A stretch of 15,800 bases of DNA from Promethearchaeati archaeon. Lineage in GTDB: Archaea > Asgardarchaeota > Heimdallarchaeia > JABLTI01. A model generated the notes under the pieces. The model worked only from the letters and a program-made list of their open reading frames with translations, was not told the origin of the DNA and searched no databases. Below, one piece after another: positions 13,384-15,800 of this stretch. The stretch's first letter is position 1; each line of letters opens with the position of its first letter. The translations under genes and the position numbers were made by a program. Location of the stretch: contig JAYEJY010000168.1 of the NCBI GenBank assembly GCA_034660795.1, positions 1 to 15,800 of the forward strand, read 5' to 3'.

Positions 13384-14910
13384 ATGAATATCTACTATAT
13401 CTTACCAATAATAATCCCGATCGCTGGTGCATTAGTTATTGCAATCCTTGGACGATTTGCGAAAAAACAGACCTTAGGTTGGATGTTAGGATATGCCTCG
13501 ATTGCTATCTTATGCCTTCTTACTTCCTTAGGGCTCATTATTTCTTTCTATCCACAAATAGGAAGTATTGATCCCTCAGAGTTAAATTGGAAAATTGGTG
13601 GGCTTATAGGTTCAACCTTTAAAATGGATACTATTACCTGGTGGCTTAGCTTAATATTCACCTTACTGGGAACTATTGTTGCTATCTATTCTATCCGTTA
13701 TATGGACAAAGATGATCGATTAGATAGATATTACTTACTCTTACTCATTCTTATTGAAGGAATGATTGGTGTAGTAATGTCAGGTGACTTGTTCACTTTG
13801 TTCATCTTCTGGGAAACAATGAGCCTTTCTAGTTATGTACTCGTTTCCTTCCGAAAAGAGCAACCAGATCCCATTGAAGCAGGTATAAAGTATCTCTTCA
13901 TGAGTGCTTTTGGAAGTATCAGTCTATTATTCGGTATGTCATTAATATATGGTACAACTGGAACATTGAATATTGCTAGTATCGCACAAATTTATCTTAC
14001 GAAAATTTCCGCATATGGCTTATCAAGTGTTCATTATGTCATCATAACAGCCCTTATTATTGGGTTTGGTGTGAAAGCTGCTATTGTACCTTTACATACA
14101 TGGCTTCCCGATGCTCATCCAGCCGCTCCCTCCGGAATCAGTGCAATGTTATCAGGCGTAGTCATTATGACTGGAATGTATGGAATGATTTATACCTTAA
14201 CCTCATTCTTTGCTCCAAGTATTGATACGCTGGGCTTTGTATTACTCTGGATAAGCATTGTAACAATGTTTGTTGGGAACTTGTTAGCATTACGACAAAA
14301 TGACTTGAAACGACTTTTAGCTTTCTCAACCGTATTGAATGTCGGTTTTATTCTATTCGGTTTAAGCATGGGGTCAGCTGGAATTAATGCTGATGCTTCT
14401 GCTTTAGGTGTTCAAGGTGGATGGTTCCATATTTTCACTCATTCCCTTGGAAAAGGTCTGGCATTTCTTTGCGCTGGGGCGATTCTCTATCGATTTAAAG
14501 AACGTGGTTTAGACAAACTGGAAGGCATTGGTAAAAGAATGCCATGGACTATGGGTGCTCTCACAATTGCACTCTTAAGTCTTGCCGGGGTACCACCATT
14601 ACCAGGATTCTGGTCGAAATTGAATATGGTCATCGCTGCAGTACAATCAGGGAATTGGCAATATTATGTTGGTGTTGGGTTATTCTTGCTTTCAAGCGTA
14701 ACATCAGTAGTTTATTACTTGATTGTTCTTCAACGCATGTGGTTTAAAGAACCAAGCGAAGAAGTGCAAAATGTTCAAGAAACACCACTTGAAATCATCA
14801 TTCCACTCTATGTTTTAGTAATAGTGATGGTTTTAGTGTCAATTATTCCTAATACCTTTTCAGCAATCGCTGCGAATGCAGCAAGCGATTTACTCAGTTT
14901 TATTCCATGA
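13384..14910 (+). CDS. nuoN: Antiporter-like subunit, NuoN type
   Basis: 508 aa. Motifs: LFIFWETMSLSSYVLVSF, EAGIKYLFMSAFGSISLLFGMSLIYGTTGTLNI (NuoN-type EA..KYF....LFG.SL.YG.TGS), VKAAIVPLHTWLPDAHPAAPSGISAMLSG and HSLGKGLAFLCAG. Ends with tandem stops TGA TAG (14908-14913). Confidence 0.9.
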   Translation: MNIYYILPIIIPIAGALVIAILGRFAKKQTLGWMLGYASIAILCLLTSLGLIISFYPQIGSIDPSELNWKIGGLIGSTFKMDTITWWLSLIFTLLGTIVAIYSIRYMDKDDRLDRYYLLLLILIEGMIGVVMSGDLFTLFIFWETMSLSSYVLVSFRKEQPDPIEAGIKYLFMSAFGSISLLFGMSLIYGTTGTLNIASIAQIYLTKISAYGLSSVHYVIITALIIGFGVKAAIVPLHTWLPDAHPAAPSGISAMLSGVVIMTGMYGMIYTLTSFFAPSIDTLGFVLLWISIVTMFVGNLLALRQNDLKRLLAFSTVLNVGFILFGLSMGSAGINADASALGVQGGWFHIFTHSLGKGLAFLCAGAILYRFKERGLDKLEGIGKRMPWTMGALTIALLSLAGVPPLPGFWSKLNMVIAAVQSGNWQYYVGVGLFLLSSVTSVVYYLIVLQRMWFKEPSEEVQNVQETPLEIIIPLYVLVIVMVLVSIIPNTFSAIAANAASDLLSFIP

Positions 14911-14920
14911 TAGAAATAAT

Positions 14921-14949
14921 AGCATGAAGACCTCTTCATGCTTTTTTTA
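14921..14949 (+). terminator. Intrinsic-terminator-like hairpin plus T-tract ending the operon
   Basis: Perfect inverted repeat AGCATGAAGA (14921-14930) / TCTTCATGCT (14933-14942) separated by CC, followed directly by TTTTTTT and a second T8 run at 14954-14961. It lies 11 nt after the nuoN stop, between convergent genes. Confidence 0.7.
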
Positions 14950-14990
14950 TCTATTTTTTTTAAAAGTAACATAATTATAATTTACTACTT

Positions 14991-15800
14991 CTAATTAGGT
15001 ACTTGTTTTTCTGATGTTTTTTGTCGATTTCTTCTTGTAATAGTTCTTACAAAACGTACTATCAATACTATTCCACCAAGTAACCCTGGAAAAATAACAT
15101 TAACTAAAGTTTGGAGGATGGATAGATTCAATGCATTATGTATCGATATAAACATAATTTTACTAAAAAGCTCTCTAAGAATAGTATCACGTATTCCTAT
15201 CCCACTGATGCTGAAAGGAAAAGCTATAGCTGATAACGCACCTATTGCTAATATCCCGCTGATTAGTAAAGGTTGGAAAGTACTTTCACCAAAAGCTAGA
15301 AGAAAGAAAACACCTTGGAAACCAAGCACTATCCAGAAAAGCACTGAGAAGATAGTTAAGAAGAAGTAATTTCGTATTTTAAATTTCTTTTGAAAAACAA
15401 AAAAATCATTAGATATGTCATCAGTTTGTATCAAAATTTTATTTTGTCTACTTTTTTTCTTAAATGCTCTAGCAATAAATTTAACAAAAAATGTGATTAT
15501 TTTACGCGTGAACTTTTTGTTAAAAATAAAAATTATTATTATTACAAAAAGTACAAAACCAATTACTATACCAAGAAAAATCCACCAAGAAAGATCAAGA
15601 AAAACAACCTTTGTTAATAAAAAAGGAAAGGAAACCAGTAAAATAATTAAAATTCCTCCCAAATCCAACAATCTATCGAAGACAACTGAAAAAATAGTAC
15701 TTCCAATTTTTGCTTCGTCATTATTTTTTGATAAATAAAAAGCTCTTAAAATATCACCAACTTTTGCGGGTGTTAGACTAGAGCCAAAGGTGCCTATCAA
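14991..15800 (-). CDS. Polytopic membrane protein, possibly UPF0104 / LPG-synthase-TM (flippase-like) family; N-terminus outside window
   Basis: The ORF is open to the window edge, so the ORF-track M is a TTG at the boundary and not a real start. It has at least 6 hydrophobic helices and a basic C-terminal tail. LTPAKVGDILRAFYL and FPFSISGIGIRDTIL resemble the paired P.x.GG.G..E helix-loop motifs of UPF0104-type proteins. The family call is tentative. Confidence 0.6.
   Translation of the reverse strand: MIGTFGSSLTPAKVGDILRAFYLSKNNDEAKIGSTIFSVVFDRLLDLGGILIILLVSFPFLLTKVVFLDLSWWIFLGIVIGFVLFVIIIIFIFNKKFTRKIITFFVKFIARAFKKKSRQNKILIQTDDISNDFFVFQKKFKIRNYFFLTIFSVLFWIVLGFQGVFFLLAFGESTFQPLLISGILAIGALSAIAFPFSISGIGIRDTILRELFSKIMFISIHNALNLSILQTLVNVIFPGLLGGIVLIVRFVRTITRRNRQKTSEKQVPN

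Noticed and set aside
394-14747. Other short ORF-track entries embedded in annotated genes: 394-594, 3770-3973, 5613-5807, 6591-6821, 6679-6861, 7207-7419, 8551-8733, 10587-10793, 12706-12963 and 14544-14747
   Set aside because: All are 60-85 aa, off-frame or antisense to CDSs with clear family signatures, and lack ribosome-binding sites. Their composition (Lys/Ile/Phe- or Cys/Trp-rich) is typical of out-of-frame translation.
4450-14910. Annotating the operon simply as NADH:quinone oxidoreductase (complex I, nuoA-N)
   Set aside because: Gene order and family memberships fit. However, the NuoD-position protein has both Ni-Fe CxxC motifs and a pro-peptide, and it lacks the quinone-site HG loop. 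The NuoB-position protein has CxxC rather than CC, and there is no NuoEFG or FpoF input module. A quinone-reducing NADH dehydrogenase call is therefore not supported.
15118-15738. Three + strand ORFs (83, 75 and 107 aa) opposite the terminal membrane-protein gene
   Set aside because: They consist of low-complexity Lys/Asn/Ile strings generated by reading an extremely AT-rich (~17-20% GC) membrane-protein gene in antisense. The - strand ORF is continuous to the window edge and has coherent TM helices.
1-15800. Scan for tRNA/rRNA genes, CRISPR repeat-spacer arrays, IS/transposon terminal inverted repeats, integrases, in-frame TGA (selenocysteine) in the hydrogenase genes, and frameshifted pseudogenes
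   Set aside because: None found. Non-coding gaps are short apart from 4173-4449, which is too AT-rich and unstructured for a stable RNA gene. All CDSs are intact, and the Ni-Fe ligands are encoded by ordinary Cys codons.

Overview
AT-rich, gene-dense prokaryotic window. Hand-counted 60-nt lines range from 17-22% GC in the flanks to 40-48% in conserved genes. It is probably archaeal, but this is inference only, based on a split nuoJ, an archaeal-GluRS-like appended domain on the aaRS, and Shine-Dalgarno sites only on operon-internal genes. Contents, left to right: the C-terminal part of a WD40 repeat protein; a small membrane protein (- strand); a galactokinase-like GHMP kinase; and a glutaminyl-tRNA synthetase (- strand) with an extra N-terminal helical domain. 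A 277-bp AT-rich divergent promoter region follows, then a 10.5-kb, 12-gene operon (4450-14910, + strand) ending in a hairpin/T-tract terminator. The window ends with a partial multi-pass membrane protein (- strand). The operon is the main result. Its gene order and membrane-arm content match an 11-subunit complex I core (A-B-C-D-H-I-J1-J2-K-L-M-N, no NuoEFG). Its NuoD- and NuoB-position subunits, however, carry the full signature of a group 4 [NiFe]-hydrogenase. That signature comprises both CxxC nickel-iron ligand motifs, a HycE-like cleavable C-terminal pro-peptide, an EPxHF loop in place of the quinone-site HG loop, and a CxxC-type proximal cluster. The simplest reading is a hydrogenase head on a complete complex-I-type proton-pumping arm, which none of the textbook group 4 hydrogenase classes shows. 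No tRNA/rRNA genes, CRISPR arrays, IS elements or pseudogenes were seen. All homology statements rest on motifs read from the translations and compared with family consensus recalled from memory; no database search was run.
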